Source: an uncultured Bifidobacterium sp. (GTDB taxonomy: Bacteria > Actinomycetota > Acidimicrobiia > Acidimicrobiales > Ilumatobacteraceae). From it: 64,000 bases of DNA. The notes under the pieces were generated by a model, which searched no databases, had not been told where the DNA came from, and saw nothing but the letters and a program-made list of their open reading frames with translations. The stretch spans positions 80,064 to 144,063 of the forward strand of contig CAZLXB010000001.1 of NCBI GenBank assembly GCA_964563545.1, written 5' to 3'. Each line of letters opens with the position of its first letter. Position 1 is the first letter of the stretch. The translations under genes and the position numbers were made by a program. Shown piece after piece: positions 28,687 through 38,648 of the stretch.

Positions 28687-30984
28687 TCAGCCGGCAGCAA
28701 GAGTGAAGAGAATCGCCCGGACAACTTCGTTCCGGTGGAACGGATCGGTCAGTTTCTCGCCGACCGATGTCCGAACGTAGAACGCGTCGACGACTTCGTC
28801 ACCGATGGTCTGCACCGAGGCATGGCGGATGTCGAGGCCGACTTCAGCCATCGCCTTGGTGATCCGATGAAGAATGCCGTGCTGATCGGGTGCCCGCACC
28901 TCGAGAACGGTGGCATTCGACGACGCCTCGTCGAAGAAGGTCACCTTGGGCGGGGCCAACTCACCCGCCGAACGACGGCGACGGCGATAAGACTTGGCTC
29001 GTTCGGCCATGCGAGCCTCGATGGCCAGTTCACCGCGCAACGCGCGCTCGAGATTCGTGATGATCGGGGCCCACTCGATCGGTCCGTGACTCGGTACGTG
29101 AACACGGAACTGCGACGCCGCCATACCTTGCTCATCCGAGTGAGCCTGGGCGCCGATCACACTCAATCCATGCAGGGTGAGCACTCCGGCCACCCGGCTG
29201 AAGGTTCCTGGTCGGTCGGGGCTCACGACCGTGACCGAATCATCGGTGACTCCGACCGATATCGCGCCCTTGGCCATCATCTCCAGAACCCCGGCGTCGG
29301 GGAACAACCGCCACTGAACCTCATCCATGTCGCCACCACCGAGGACGAGGTGAACCCGCTTCACCAATTCGGCGACGAGTTCGGCTTTCCACGATCCCCA
29401 CGCAGCCGGACCGGTGGCCAAACTGTCGGCCACCGTCAGCCCGTGCAGCAGATCGAGCACCAACGGTGACGTCACGTGCTCGGCGACGTAGGCGATGGTT
29501 GCCGGATCGGCGAGATCACGTCGGGTCGCCACATCGGGCAGAAGCAGATGGTGTTCGACCATCGTCTGCAGAATCACCATGTCGTCAGAGGCGATACCGA
29601 GACGCGGGGCGATACGACCGACGAGCTCCACACCGACTTCGTTGTGATCGCCCGGATATCCCTTGCCGATGTCGTGGAACAGCGCGCCGAGCACCAGAAG
29701 ATCGGGCCGACTCACGTTCTGGGCGAGATCACTCGCGTTCGCCGTGGCCTCCCACAGGTGACGATCGACGGTGAAACGGTGGTAGGCGTTGCGTTGCGGG
29801 CGACTGCGGTTGGGCGCCCACTCGGGAAGGATGCGCACCCAGAGTCCGCGCTGATCGAGGGCCTCGAGAACGGGAATCGCGTCATGCCCGGTCAGGAGCA
29901 GACCCACGAGATCGTCGATCGCCCCCACCGGCCACGGTGACGGCATGGCGGGCGACGACTGTGCCAACCGGTCGAGTGTCGGCCGATCGATACGCGCCCG
30001 ATGCCGCGCCGCCGACGCAGCCACGCGCAGAACGAGAGTCGGATCGGATGCCGGATCGATGGTGTCGTCGAGATGGATCTCGCCGTGACGGAGTATCACA
30101 CCCGGTGCAACCGCCTGATCGGGCTGTGGTTTGGCACGCGCCGCCTTCACCCGCGCCCAGACTTCGTCGCCGACCCACGACACCGAGCGGGCGACGTTCG
30201 ACAACGACGACATGAGCGCATCCGCATTGGGATATCCACACAGTGACGCGACCGCGTCCTGGTCCTCCAGGTGGAGAACCTCGCTCGCGCGACCCACGTG
30301 GCGGTGCAGCGCGACACGAACCGACATCAGTACATCACTCGCTCCGTCGAGAGAAGCCTGGTCCGATCGCGAAATCGGCACGCCCGCCTCCTCGGCCCAT
30401 TTCAGGGCGTGGATGTCGCGGAGTCCGCCGTATCCCTCTTTCAGGTTGGGTTCGAGCAGAAACGCGACTTCTCCGAATTCCTCTTGTCGATCGCGAACTC
30501 TGCGCATCAGTTCGGGAAGACGGGTCTCGGCTCCGGCTCGCCAAGCCTTCTCCGCCGCAGTGCGTAGTTCATCGGTGAGCGATCGGTCGCCGGCGATGTG
30601 CCGAGCGCTGAGATTCGCGGTCGCCGAGTCGAGTTCGGTACGAGACAACTCGATCAGTTGTTTGACCGTCGTGACCGAATGCCCGAGTTTCACGCCGGAA
30701 TCCCAGATCGGATACCAGAGCTTGGTGGCGATCTCGTCGATGTTCTTCACTCCATCGTGCAGGAGAACGAGATCGAGATCACTGAAGGGCGCCAGTTCGC
30801 CCCGCCCGTAACCACCGACGGCGACGAGCGAGGCTCGTTTCGACACGTTGTCGACCGCCGAAGTCCAGAGTTCGGACAACCAATCGTCGGTCGCCCGCGC
30901 CAACTCACGCGCCAAACGGATGCCACGCAGCGATGAGTTCTCGAGGACCCCACGACGGCCGGTCATGGACTCAGTTTCGCCCAC
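28687..30984 (-). CDS. glnD: [Protein-PII] uridylyl/adenylyl-transferase
   Basis: The 765-aa ORF has the nucleotidyltransferase motif GGYGRGELAPFSDLDLVLL, an HD domain (LFHDIGKG), and two C-terminal ACT-like domains. Confidence 0.9.
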   Translation of the reverse strand: MGETESMTGRRGVLENSSLRGIRLARELARATDDWLSELWTSAVDNVSKRASLVAVGGYGRGELAPFSDLDLVLLHDGVKNIDEIATKLWYPIWDSGVKLGHSVTTVKQLIELSRTELDSATANLSARHIAGDRSLTDELRTAAEKAWRAGAETRLPELMRRVRDRQEEFGEVAFLLEPNLKEGYGGLRDIHALKWAEEAGVPISRSDQASLDGASDVLMSVRVALHRHVGRASEVLHLEDQDAVASLCGYPNADALMSSLSNVARSVSWVGDEVWARVKAARAKPQPDQAVAPGVILRHGEIHLDDTIDPASDPTLVLRVAASAARHRARIDRPTLDRLAQSSPAMPSPWPVGAIDDLVGLLLTGHDAIPVLEALDQRGLWVRILPEWAPNRSRPQRNAYHRFTVDRHLWEATANASDLAQNVSRPDLLVLGALFHDIGKGYPGDHNEVGVELVGRIAPRLGIASDDMVILQTMVEHHLLLPDVATRRDLADPATIAYVAEHVTSPLVLDLLHGLTVADSLATGPAAWGSWKAELVAELVKRVHLVLGGGDMDEVQWRLFPDAGVLEMMAKGAISVGVTDDSVTVVSPDRPGTFSRVAGVLTLHGLSVIGAQAHSDEQGMAASQFRVHVPSHGPIEWAPIITNLERALRGELAIEARMAERAKSYRRRRRSAGELAPPKVTFFDEASSNATVLEVRAPDQHGILHRITKAMAEVGLDIRHASVQTIGDEVVDAFYVRTSVGEKLTDPFHRNEVVRAILFTLAAG

Positions 30985-31029
30985 TACCGCGCCGAGTTCA
31001 TCCTGCCGGCCAACGGTTTCATCGACCGT

Positions 31030-31485
31030 TCACAATTGATTCTCGGACCGCCCCCGTTGCCGCTGGATCACCGATGCCGCCTTGAAGGCCCCCCATTCGA
31101 GTCCCGGCTCCACGAGGGATTCGTCGATATCGGCCCACGTGGCCGGGCAGAGCCCGAACACATCGGCGGGGAAGGACCGCACGTGGAACTCGTCGCGTTC
31201 GATCGGCGTACCACCCACTCGCCGGAGTTCTTCGGTGATCGGTGCCGTGGATCGACGAAGGATGTCGAGCGGATTGGTCCGCTGGGCCACGACGTCGAGC
31301 GAGAAGAGAGTCGACAGATCTTCGAGGGCGCGCGACGCAGCACTCTCGATCGCCGTTCGTCGTCGATCGGGATCGACTCGATCGGACAGAAACTGAGCCG
31401 AGACCACGCGATCGAAGGCCACACCCAACCATGGTTCGACCGTTCGCTGGCACGTTTCGAGAAGGCGCGACGAGTAGGGGTCCAT
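31030..31485 (-). CDS. Hypothetical protein
   Basis: The 151-aa frame has a balanced composition. The three overlapping alternative frames are Arg-rich. I recognise no family. Confidence 0.5.
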   Translation of the reverse strand: MDPYSSRLLETCQRTVEPWLGVAFDRVVSAQFLSDRVDPDRRRTAIESAASRALEDLSTLFSLDVVAQRTNPLDILRRSTAPITEELRRVGGTPIERDEFHVRSFPADVFGLCPATWADIDESLVEPGLEWGAFKAASVIQRQRGRSENQL

Positions 31486-31594
31486 CGATCAACTCCTCGT
31501 GTTTCACGGCTCGCGCCGGACGGAGTCGACAAACTAGTCCGATTTAGCGGCGATCGTTCGGGCTAACGTTCAAAGCCATCTTGGGTGAAGGCGG

Positions 31595-32851
31595 TTGGCG
31601 TTGCTGAAGGATCTGCGGTTGTTGTGGGCCAACCGTCGCTATCGGTTTCTCTTGCTGGCCCGTTTCGTGTCGAACATCGGCAACGGCATGTCGCCGGTCG
31701 CCTTGGCCTTCGGTGTCCTCTCGCTCCCCGGTGGTAATGCGACGGATCTGAGTTACGTCACCACGAGTCGCATGATCCCGGTCGTGGTGTTCCTGTTGAT
31801 CGGCGGCGTCGTCGCCGACCGCTTCGGTCGAGCGCAACTGGTCGGGGGGACCGACATCATCGGTGCGCTCGTCATCGGCGCGACCGGTCTCCTCTTCATC
31901 TTCCATCAGGCATCCATCGTTCTGCTCTGCATCAGTGGCGCGATCTTCGGTGTCCTGAACGCTCTGTGGTACCCCGCTTTCAGCGGTCTCATGCCCGAAA
32001 TCGTCGAGTCCGAACACCTCCAGTCGGCGAACTCGGTCATGGGCTTCGGCGCCAACATCGGCTTCACGATCGGCGCCAGTGCAGCCGGCATCATCGTGAG
32101 TCACGTCGGTCCGGGCTGGGCGATCCTCGCCGACGGTGGTTCGTTTCTGATCGCCGGACTTCTCGTGTGGCAACTGCGCCAGCCCGTCGATGACCGTGAG
32201 GTCGAATCCCCCGAACGCGAGTCGATGATCTTCCAGATGAAGGAAGGTTGGCGAGAATTCGTGAGCAAGAGATGGCTCGTCATCATCGTCGCGACCTTCT
32301 CGCTCACCAATATGTGTTACGAGGGATTCTTCGGAGTGCTCGCACCGCTGCAGATGAAAGAAGAATTCGACGGCGCGCGCGACATGGGCTTCATGATGTC
32401 AGCCTTCGGTGTGGGCAGCATCGTGGGAGTGCTCGTCTCGATGCGCCTCCGCCCCCGACGCCCGCTCGTGATCGCCATGTCGGCGCTGCCCGTCATCGGA
32501 CTGTGGATGTTCCTCCTCGCCTGGAGCGCACCCATGATCCCGGTGATGCTCATGGCCTTCGGAGCCGGGGTCGCCCTCGACATCTTCTTCGTCCTCTGGA
32601 TGACCACGTTCCAACGCGAAGTTCCCGAAGACATGTTGTCGCGCGTCGGCTCCTACGACGCATTCGGCTCGACGGTTCTCGCACCGTTGGGACTTTTCTT
32701 TGCCGGTCCGCTGGCCAGTTGGGCCGGTGCCGAAGTAGCGCTCGTGACCGCCGGAGCGATCGTGGTGGGCGCCAATCTCATCGCCCTCGCCTCGCGAAGT
32801 GTGCGCGACGTACGCGGGCCAGCCGACGCACATCCTTCGGTCGTCGGCTGA
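31595..32851 (+). CDS. MFS transporter (EntS/MFS_3-like)
   Basis: The 418-aa ORF has about 12 TM helices and the N-terminal motif WANRRYRFLLLARFVSNIGNG. It appears to use a TTG start. Confidence 0.8.
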   Translation: MALLKDLRLLWANRRYRFLLLARFVSNIGNGMSPVALAFGVLSLPGGNATDLSYVTTSRMIPVVVFLLIGGVVADRFGRAQLVGGTDIIGALVIGATGLLFIFHQASIVLLCISGAIFGVLNALWYPAFSGLMPEIVESEHLQSANSVMGFGANIGFTIGASAAGIIVSHVGPGWAILADGGSFLIAGLLVWQLRQPVDDREVESPERESMIFQMKEGWREFVSKRWLVIIVATFSLTNMCYEGFFGVLAPLQMKEEFDGARDMGFMMSAFGVGSIVGVLVSMRLRPRRPLVIAMSALPVIGLWMFLLAWSAPMIPVMLMAFGAGVALDIFFVLWMTTFQREVPEDMLSRVGSYDAFGSTVLAPLGLFFAGPLASWAGAEVALVTAGAIVVGANLIALASRSVRDVRGPADAHPSVVG

Positions 32852-32863
32852 TCGACTCGAGAT

Positions 32864-33637
32864 TCAATCGTCGAGAATCTCCACTCGAACACGCTTGTTG
32901 CCCTTGCCCTTGTTCTCGATTTTCACGACTTTGACACGACCAACTGCACGCGTCGAATGAACGTGGGTGCCACCATCGGCCTGCTTGTCGAGACCCACGA
33001 TGTCGACGACTCGGATCTCACTCACCGATTCGGGGATCAGTGACACCTTGGTACGGATCAGATCGGCATCCATGAGCGCGGTGTCTCGGGGCAGGAACTC
33101 CACCCGTACCGGTCGGTCGGCATCGATCTCGGCGTTCACGAGTTCTTCGATGCGGGACGCGAATCCCTCGGGAACCGGATCGAACTCGAAATCCATCCGG
33201 GCGCTCAGTGGTTCCATGTTGCCGCCGGTGACGGGCACTCGCCATTCGTTCCAAATCACACCGCACAGGATGTGCATCGCGGTATGAGTGCGCATCAACC
33301 GATGGCGACGTTCGACCTCGACCACTCCGTGCACCACTCGGCCGACTTCGGGAACCGGACCATCGATCTCGTGCCACACCCACTGGTGGCCACCGTCCGC
33401 CGACGTTCCTTTGCGGACTTCGACCACGCCGACCCCATCGAGGTCGCCCACGTCGTGTGGTTGACCACCACCCGTCGGGTAGAAGGCCGTCCGGTCGAGC
33501 GCGACGGCTCTGCCATCCACGGCGATCACCGTGGCGTCGAACTCGAGGACGTCGACATCACGTAAGTAAAGAAGCTCGGTGTCGGCGGAGAACTCGGCCA
33601 TGTCCAAGTGTGCCTCGGTCCACTGTCGGATCACCAA
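32864..33637 (-). CDS. Alanyl-tRNA editing protein (AlaX-like)
   Basis: It has the editing-domain zinc motifs HTAMHIL and GGTHV. At 257 aa it matches the AlaXM class in length. Confidence 0.8.
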   Translation of the reverse strand: MVIRQWTEAHLDMAEFSADTELLYLRDVDVLEFDATVIAVDGRAVALDRTAFYPTGGGQPHDVGDLDGVGVVEVRKGTSADGGHQWVWHEIDGPVPEVGRVVHGVVEVERRHRLMRTHTAMHILCGVIWNEWRVPVTGGNMEPLSARMDFEFDPVPEGFASRIEELVNAEIDADRPVRVEFLPRDTALMDADLIRTKVSLIPESVSEIRVVDIVGLDKQADGGTHVHSTRAVGRVKVVKIENKGKGNKRVRVEILDD

Positions 33638-33664
33638 CCGTCAGCCGACCTAACCTCGGAGCGA

Positions 33665-34891
33665 ATGCCTGCTCGTCGAATGATCCAACGTTTCTCGGTC
33701 GTACTGGTGGTCGGCATCGCGATGACCGCCTGTGGATCGGGCTCCACCGGGCCGGTGCCCGAGACCGAACCGCGGGTCACGACCACGGCCACCCCGGCCC
33801 GAAGTGACGGCGTACTTCGCATCGGTCTTCTCGTGCCTCGGTCGGGAGGTGGAGCCTCTCTCGGCGAACCACTCGTCGAGGTAGCCGAGCGAGCAATCGC
33901 CGAGATCGAGAATTCGGGTCTCGGAGGATTCGAAATCGAGCTCGTCGTTCGCGACGAGGGGCCTGACACCGCCACGGCTCGTTCCGCGGTCGACGAGTTC
34001 GTCGACGACGTCGGCGTGGATGCCGTCGTCGGTCCCCTTTCGTCATCAGTTGCTCTCGGAGTGCTCCCGACTCTCATCGCCAACCGAATCGGTGTCTGCT
34101 CACCCGCGGCGACGACCGCGTCCCTCACGAACTTCCCCGACGATGGCCTATTCGTGCGAACGACTCCGAGTGACGCCATGATCGCCCTCGCCATGGCCCA
34201 AACCGTCGCTCAGACCGGTGTCGACGCCACGACACTCGTCTATCCCGACGATCCGTTCGGTCGGGATTTCACGATCGAGATCCGACGGGCGCTCGTACAA
34301 CAATCGATCACGGTCGCCGGTGATTTCCCCTACGACACCACCGATGACGACTACCGAGACGACATCGACGATTTGTTGAAGTCCGACCCACGCGTGATCA
34401 CCATGATCGGCGACAAGGAAAGCGGTGGCCGTTTCATCGGGGCCGTCCTGGCAAGTGGTACCGATGCCGATGTAGTCGTGAACGACGCACTCGCCGATGC
34501 CGATCTCAGCGGTGATCCGAATCTGGCTCGCCCGACGCGCTCACGCATCACCGGGATCGCGATCGATGCCGGTCGCATTCCCTTCGCCACCGCCACGGTC
34601 GACTGCATCAACCTTCTCGCCCTGAGCGCCGCTCAGGCCCAGAGTGACGTCGCCGATGACTTCATGCCACTCATGATCCCGACGAGTCGTGGTGGTTCCG
34701 CGTGTCGGGAATACGACGACTGTCTGACACTGATCGACGACGGTCTCAACGTCGATTACAACGGTCAGAGCGGGTTGCTGACCCTCACTGCCAACGGCGA
34801 CCCCGGCGTGGCGACGTTCGTGACCTTCGGATTCGGTGACGACGGCAAAGCGTCGTACCGCGCGTCGATCGGTGTGATCAGCGCTCCGTGA
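33665..34891 (+). CDS. Type I periplasmic binding protein (branched-chain amino acid ABC SBP-like) lipoprotein
   Basis: The signal peptide has the lipobox MTAC. The remainder is LIVBP-like (LRIGLLVPRSGGGASLG...VDAVVGPLSS). No cognate permease or ATPase gene is adjacent. Confidence 0.8.
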   Translation: MPARRMIQRFSVVLVVGIAMTACGSGSTGPVPETEPRVTTTATPARSDGVLRIGLLVPRSGGGASLGEPLVEVAERAIAEIENSGLGGFEIELVVRDEGPDTATARSAVDEFVDDVGVDAVVGPLSSSVALGVLPTLIANRIGVCSPAATTASLTNFPDDGLFVRTTPSDAMIALAMAQTVAQTGVDATTLVYPDDPFGRDFTIEIRRALVQQSITVAGDFPYDTTDDDYRDDIDDLLKSDPRVITMIGDKESGGRFIGAVLASGTDADVVVNDALADADLSGDPNLARPTRSRITGIAIDAGRIPFATATVDCINLLALSAAQAQSDVADDFMPLMIPTSRGGSACREYDDCLTLIDDGLNVDYNGQSGLLTLTANGDPGVATFVTFGFGDDGKASYRASIGVISAP

Positions 34892-35599
34892 TCAGAGCAG
34901 ACGCGCGAGCTCGGCTACGTCGGTGACCGAACCGACGTAGAAGTCACCGAACTCCGCGTACACGGCCGACGCCTCGTCGAATCGCATGGTGTAGACAACT
35001 TCTTTCAGATCGTCGGGGCGAGTGGCGAACAACGTCACTCCCCATTCGAAGTCGTCGATGCCCGTCGAGCCGGTGACCACCTGAACGACGCGGCCGGCGA
35101 ATTTGCGCCCACTCGTTCCGTGCTCGTGCATCAGCTCCTTGCGACGGTCGTAAGGAAGGGTGAACCAGTTGGATCCGTCTCCCCGACGCTTGCTCATCGG
35201 ATAGAAGCAGAACGCAGGCTTACCCTCGGGCGGTAACTGCGGATAGAGGCGTGGCTGAAGCATCGCTTCAGGCATCCCCTGTGCGTATTCGCTGACCTCG
35301 GTGAGCGACACGTACGAATCGACCACGTCGAGACCGGAGTTCTGGACCGCCGACTGGAACCGGCGGAGCTGACGCCAGTCCTTGGCCAGAGCCATGAGGG
35401 CGGCATCGGCCTTGTGCCCGAGCATCGACACGCATACGACTTGGGTTCCATCGGCCTCGGCCTGCTTCACGGCCTCGATGAGAGATTCGGCGTCGAAGCC
35501 GGGACGCGGTTTGACGAACAAGTGCACAACGGCCAAGCCGATACTCGGAGACACCTCGCCCGCGACCGAATCCGTCGTGTTACCGGTGTTCTCGCTCAT
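34892..35599 (-). CDS. chdC: Coproheme decarboxylase / chlorite-dismutase-family HemQ
   Basis: The ORF contains CFYPMSKRR...NWFTLPYDRRKELMHEHG...FEWGVTLF, typical of actinobacterial HemQ. I chose the ATG at 35599. Confidence 0.85.
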   Translation of the reverse strand: MSENTGNTTDSVAGEVSPSIGLAVVHLFVKPRPGFDAESLIEAVKQAEADGTQVVCVSMLGHKADAALMALAKDWRQLRRFQSAVQNSGLDVVDSYVSLTEVSEYAQGMPEAMLQPRLYPQLPPEGKPAFCFYPMSKRRGDGSNWFTLPYDRRKELMHEHGTSGRKFAGRVVQVVTGSTGIDDFEWGVTLFATRPDDLKEVVYTMRFDEASAVYAEFGDFYVGSVTDVAELARLL

Positions 35600-35628
35600 G
35601 TCCGAAACCCTATCCAGATGCGATACTG

Positions 35629-36297
35629 ATGGTCTTGTCGTCGTTGCGGTCGCCCCTCGTGTCACCCGGCTCACGGAGCCGATTGGTCGCGGTCGTCGTC
35701 GGGGCGGTTCTCACCATCGCCGCATGTGGCGAGTCGTCGAACCGCTACCTCGCGAACTCGGAGGAGAAGGTCTTCTTGAGGGTTCCGCGTGATTGGAACG
35801 AGATCGAGTTCACGGATACCGATGCCGATCGCCTCGAAAGTCTCACGTCACAGGCCACTGTGGTCTGGCGGGCGGGCAGCACCTCGGCGCCCGATCCGGC
35901 GCCCGACACCGTGAGTTCGGAGGCCCCGCTCGCGTTCACCGCGGTCTACGAACTCTCCGGACAACTCAATCAGCAGATGTCGGCCTCGCTCGCCCGTCTC
36001 GCCGCTTCACCCACCGGCTTCGACCCGGTTCTGCCGTCCGACGATGCCCAGAGCGCCCTCGTCGAAGTGCTGGACTATCAGCCACTCGGATTCGAGGGCG
36101 TCAACGGAAGTCGCATCGTGTTCCGACTCCGCGACTCCGACACCGACTCGTGGAAGGCCGTGTACGACGTGAGCGCGGCCTACGACTCCAAGCGATTCCG
36201 TCTCTATGTTCTGCAGGTTGGTTGCAGCGCTTCCTGCTACGAACTCAACAAGTCGACTATCTCCGCGATCGCGGATTCCTGGCTGGTGAAAACGTGA
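35629..36297 (+). CDS. Hypothetical lipoprotein
   Basis: The signal peptide has the lipobox IAAC. The 222-aa ORF is joined to the downstream FtsH-like gene by a GTGA overlap. Confidence 0.6.
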   Translation: MVLSSLRSPLVSPGSRSRLVAVVVGAVLTIAACGESSNRYLANSEEKVFLRVPRDWNEIEFTDTDADRLESLTSQATVVWRAGSTSAPDPAPDTVSSEAPLAFTAVYELSGQLNQQMSASLARLAASPTGFDPVLPSDDAQSALVEVLDYQPLGFEGVNGSRIVFRLRDSDTDSWKAVYDVSAAYDSKRFRLYVLQVGCSASCYELNKSTISAIADSWLVKT

Positions 36298-38648
36298 CCG
36301 ACATCGTCCCTGGCAACGATCTCCCCGAGATCGTCAACGTTCCACTCCTCGAGGCTCCGCCCGAGAAGCGTCGCAAGATGTTCTTCTTCGACCGGATCAA
36401 GGTATTCGTCGTCCTCGGCATCTACGTGGTCATCACCGCGTCGTACGAACAGAGCCAGATCCCGCTCATGTCCTGGGGTGAGGCATTCCGTGACCAGTCA
36501 CGAGCCAAGTGGTGGGTGTGGATCGTCGCTGGCATCGAACTCCTCCGCCAGATCCACATCCTCATCAGCGAACGGTCGGCCGGCTGGAACACTTGGTGGC
36601 AGCGCAAGGTATGGGACGCATGGGAGCGCCAGATGACGCGCTTCAAGCCGTACACGAGGTTCCGTCTCAACCGTCTGGTGAAGCGGCTCATCTTCGTGAC
36701 GCTGCTCGGATTCGTGCTGTCGTGGAAGTGGAGTCTCCCCTTCTTCCAGGCTCTGGCTGAGGCTCCGAGCCGTTGGTTCAACATCCTCTTCGTCGAACGC
36801 AATGTCGGAACGCCACTCGCCATTTCGATTCTGTTGTCGGTCACGTTCAGCGCCTTCTATCTCATCTTCTTCTACGGCATCTTCTTCATCGGTGGAATCG
36901 AGACCTTCAAGCCCGGAGAGATCAAGACCCGCTTCAAGGACATCTGGGGCCAGGATCACGTGGTCAACCGCGTGAAGGAGAACCTCGACTTCCTCGAGAA
37001 GCCTCAAGACATCGAATCGAAGGGTGGATACGTCCCGAGTGGCATCCTCCTCTGGGGTCCCCCCGGTACCGGCAAGACGTTGATGGCCGAGGCAGCCGCC
37101 GGTGAAACCGAACGGCCGTACGTGTTCGTGGACCCCCAGGCTTTCGTCCAAACCTTCATGGGTGTCGCACCGATGAAGATGAAGTGGCTCTACCGACGCC
37201 TCCGCAAGCTCGCATTGCGCTACGGAGGTGTGGTCGTCTTCTTCGACGAAGCCGATGTGCTCGGAAGTCGCGGGCAGATCAGTGGGCAGTTCGACAACGC
37301 CGAAGCACTCGCCCGTGAACAGGTCGACCATCTGCACTGGCTTTCACCGGCCAGCCAGCACTTGATTCTCGATCAACTTCGCAGCAACTCGACCCCCGGA
37401 CACGATGCCCACAGCCAACCGTCCCCGCGCCGGACTCTCCGCGAGCGGATCATCATGGCCGGTATGGGTGGTGGCGGGATGGGGACACTCCAGTCGCTCC
37501 TCACCGAAATGAACGGATTGAACAAGCCCCGTGGCTTCTTCTCGCGCCGACTCCGTCAGTTCCTGAACATGCCGGCCAAGAAACCACCGAAGTACCGCAT
37601 CCTCCATATCTTCGCCACCAACCTGCCCAGTGCTCTCGACGCAGCTCTCCTTCGTCCCGGACGTATCGACCGCATCTACAAGGTCGGTTACCCCATGAAG
37701 GAAGGTCGCAAGAAGACGTACGAGGGCTACTTCGCCAAGGTGAAGCACACGCTCTCCGCCGACGACATCGAGCGACTCGCAGTGATGACCCCGTATTCCA
37801 CCGGTGCGTCGATCAAGGATCTCGTCAACGAAGCACTGTTGGTGGCCCTTCGCGAAGGCCGCGAGATCGTCACGTGGAACGACGTCATTCAGGCGCGCTA
37901 TCTCCGCAAGGTCGGCGAGCACGAACACGTCGACTACATCGAACGCGAACGACATGCCATCGCGCTGCACGAGGCCTCTCATGCGGTCGCGGCGTACATG
38001 CGCCGCAAGGATCTCGTGATCGACTTCGTGAGCATCGAACCGGGTGGCAGCTACCTCGGAGTCGTATCGAGCACATACGACGACGAAACCTTCCTCCGGT
38101 GGCGCAGCACCTTCGAGATCGACATCCTCGTTTCACTCGCATCGCTGGCCGGTGAGCGGCTCTTCTTCGGCGGTGACTCATCGGCCGGTGTGAGCGGCGA
38201 CCTCCGGAACGCAACCACGGTCTCGACCTGGATGGAGGCGATGTGGGGAATGGGCTCCACCATCTCCTCGGCACCGGCTCTCATTCAGACCATCGGGGCC
38301 GGATTCCCCACTGCGACCGGCACCAACATCGATCGTGAAGCGGCCAATCTCTCGAGCCGTATCGAGAGTCGCCTCAGTCGGATCTACGACCAAGCCCGAG
38401 ATCTGCTCAGCGAACAGCGCACCATGGTGCTGGCCGTCGCTCACGCCCTCGAGACACACAAGACGATCAGCGGCGAAGACGTGGCGGCGATCATCGAGAA
38501 CTCGGTCGGACCCAAGGTCGACGGTCGCGTGTATCACCAACCCGGATTCGCTGCGATCGCCGAGCAGTATCACGTGGCCGCACTCGAGGCCCACCAGCAG
38601 GTCGACGACGTTTCCGCGCCGCTACCGGTGCTCCCACCCGTCGAGTGA
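36294..38648 (+). CDS. Atypical FtsH-family AAA+ zinc metalloprotease paralog
   Basis: It has Walker A (GPPGTGKT), a pore loop (TFMG), Walker B (VVFFDEAD), sensor-1 (ATN), an SRH segment (LLRPGRIDR), and HEXXH (HEASH). It has four predicted N-terminal TM helices and about 78 extra residues inside the AAA module compared with E. coli FtsH. Confidence 0.85.
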   Translation: MTDIVPGNDLPEIVNVPLLEAPPEKRRKMFFFDRIKVFVVLGIYVVITASYEQSQIPLMSWGEAFRDQSRAKWWVWIVAGIELLRQIHILISERSAGWNTWWQRKVWDAWERQMTRFKPYTRFRLNRLVKRLIFVTLLGFVLSWKWSLPFFQALAEAPSRWFNILFVERNVGTPLAISILLSVTFSAFYLIFFYGIFFIGGIETFKPGEIKTRFKDIWGQDHVVNRVKENLDFLEKPQDIESKGGYVPSGILLWGPPGTGKTLMAEAAAGETERPYVFVDPQAFVQTFMGVAPMKMKWLYRRLRKLALRYGGVVVFFDEADVLGSRGQISGQFDNAEALAREQVDHLHWLSPASQHLILDQLRSNSTPGHDAHSQPSPRRTLRERIIMAGMGGGGMGTLQSLLTEMNGLNKPRGFFSRRLRQFLNMPAKKPPKYRILHIFATNLPSALDAALLRPGRIDRIYKVGYPMKEGRKKTYEGYFAKVKHTLSADDIERLAVMTPYSTGASIKDLVNEALLVALREGREIVTWNDVIQARYLRKVGEHEHVDYIERERHAIALHEASHAVAAYMRRKDLVIDFVSIEPGGSYLGVVSSTYDDETFLRWRSTFEIDILVSLASLAGERLFFGGDSSAGVSGDLRNATTVSTWMEAMWGMGSTISSAPALIQTIGAGFPTATGTNIDREAANLSSRIESRLSRIYDQARDLLSEQRTMVLAVAHALETHKTISGEDVAAIIENSVGPKVDGRVYHQPGFAAIAEQYHVAALEAHQQVDDVSAPLPVLPPVE

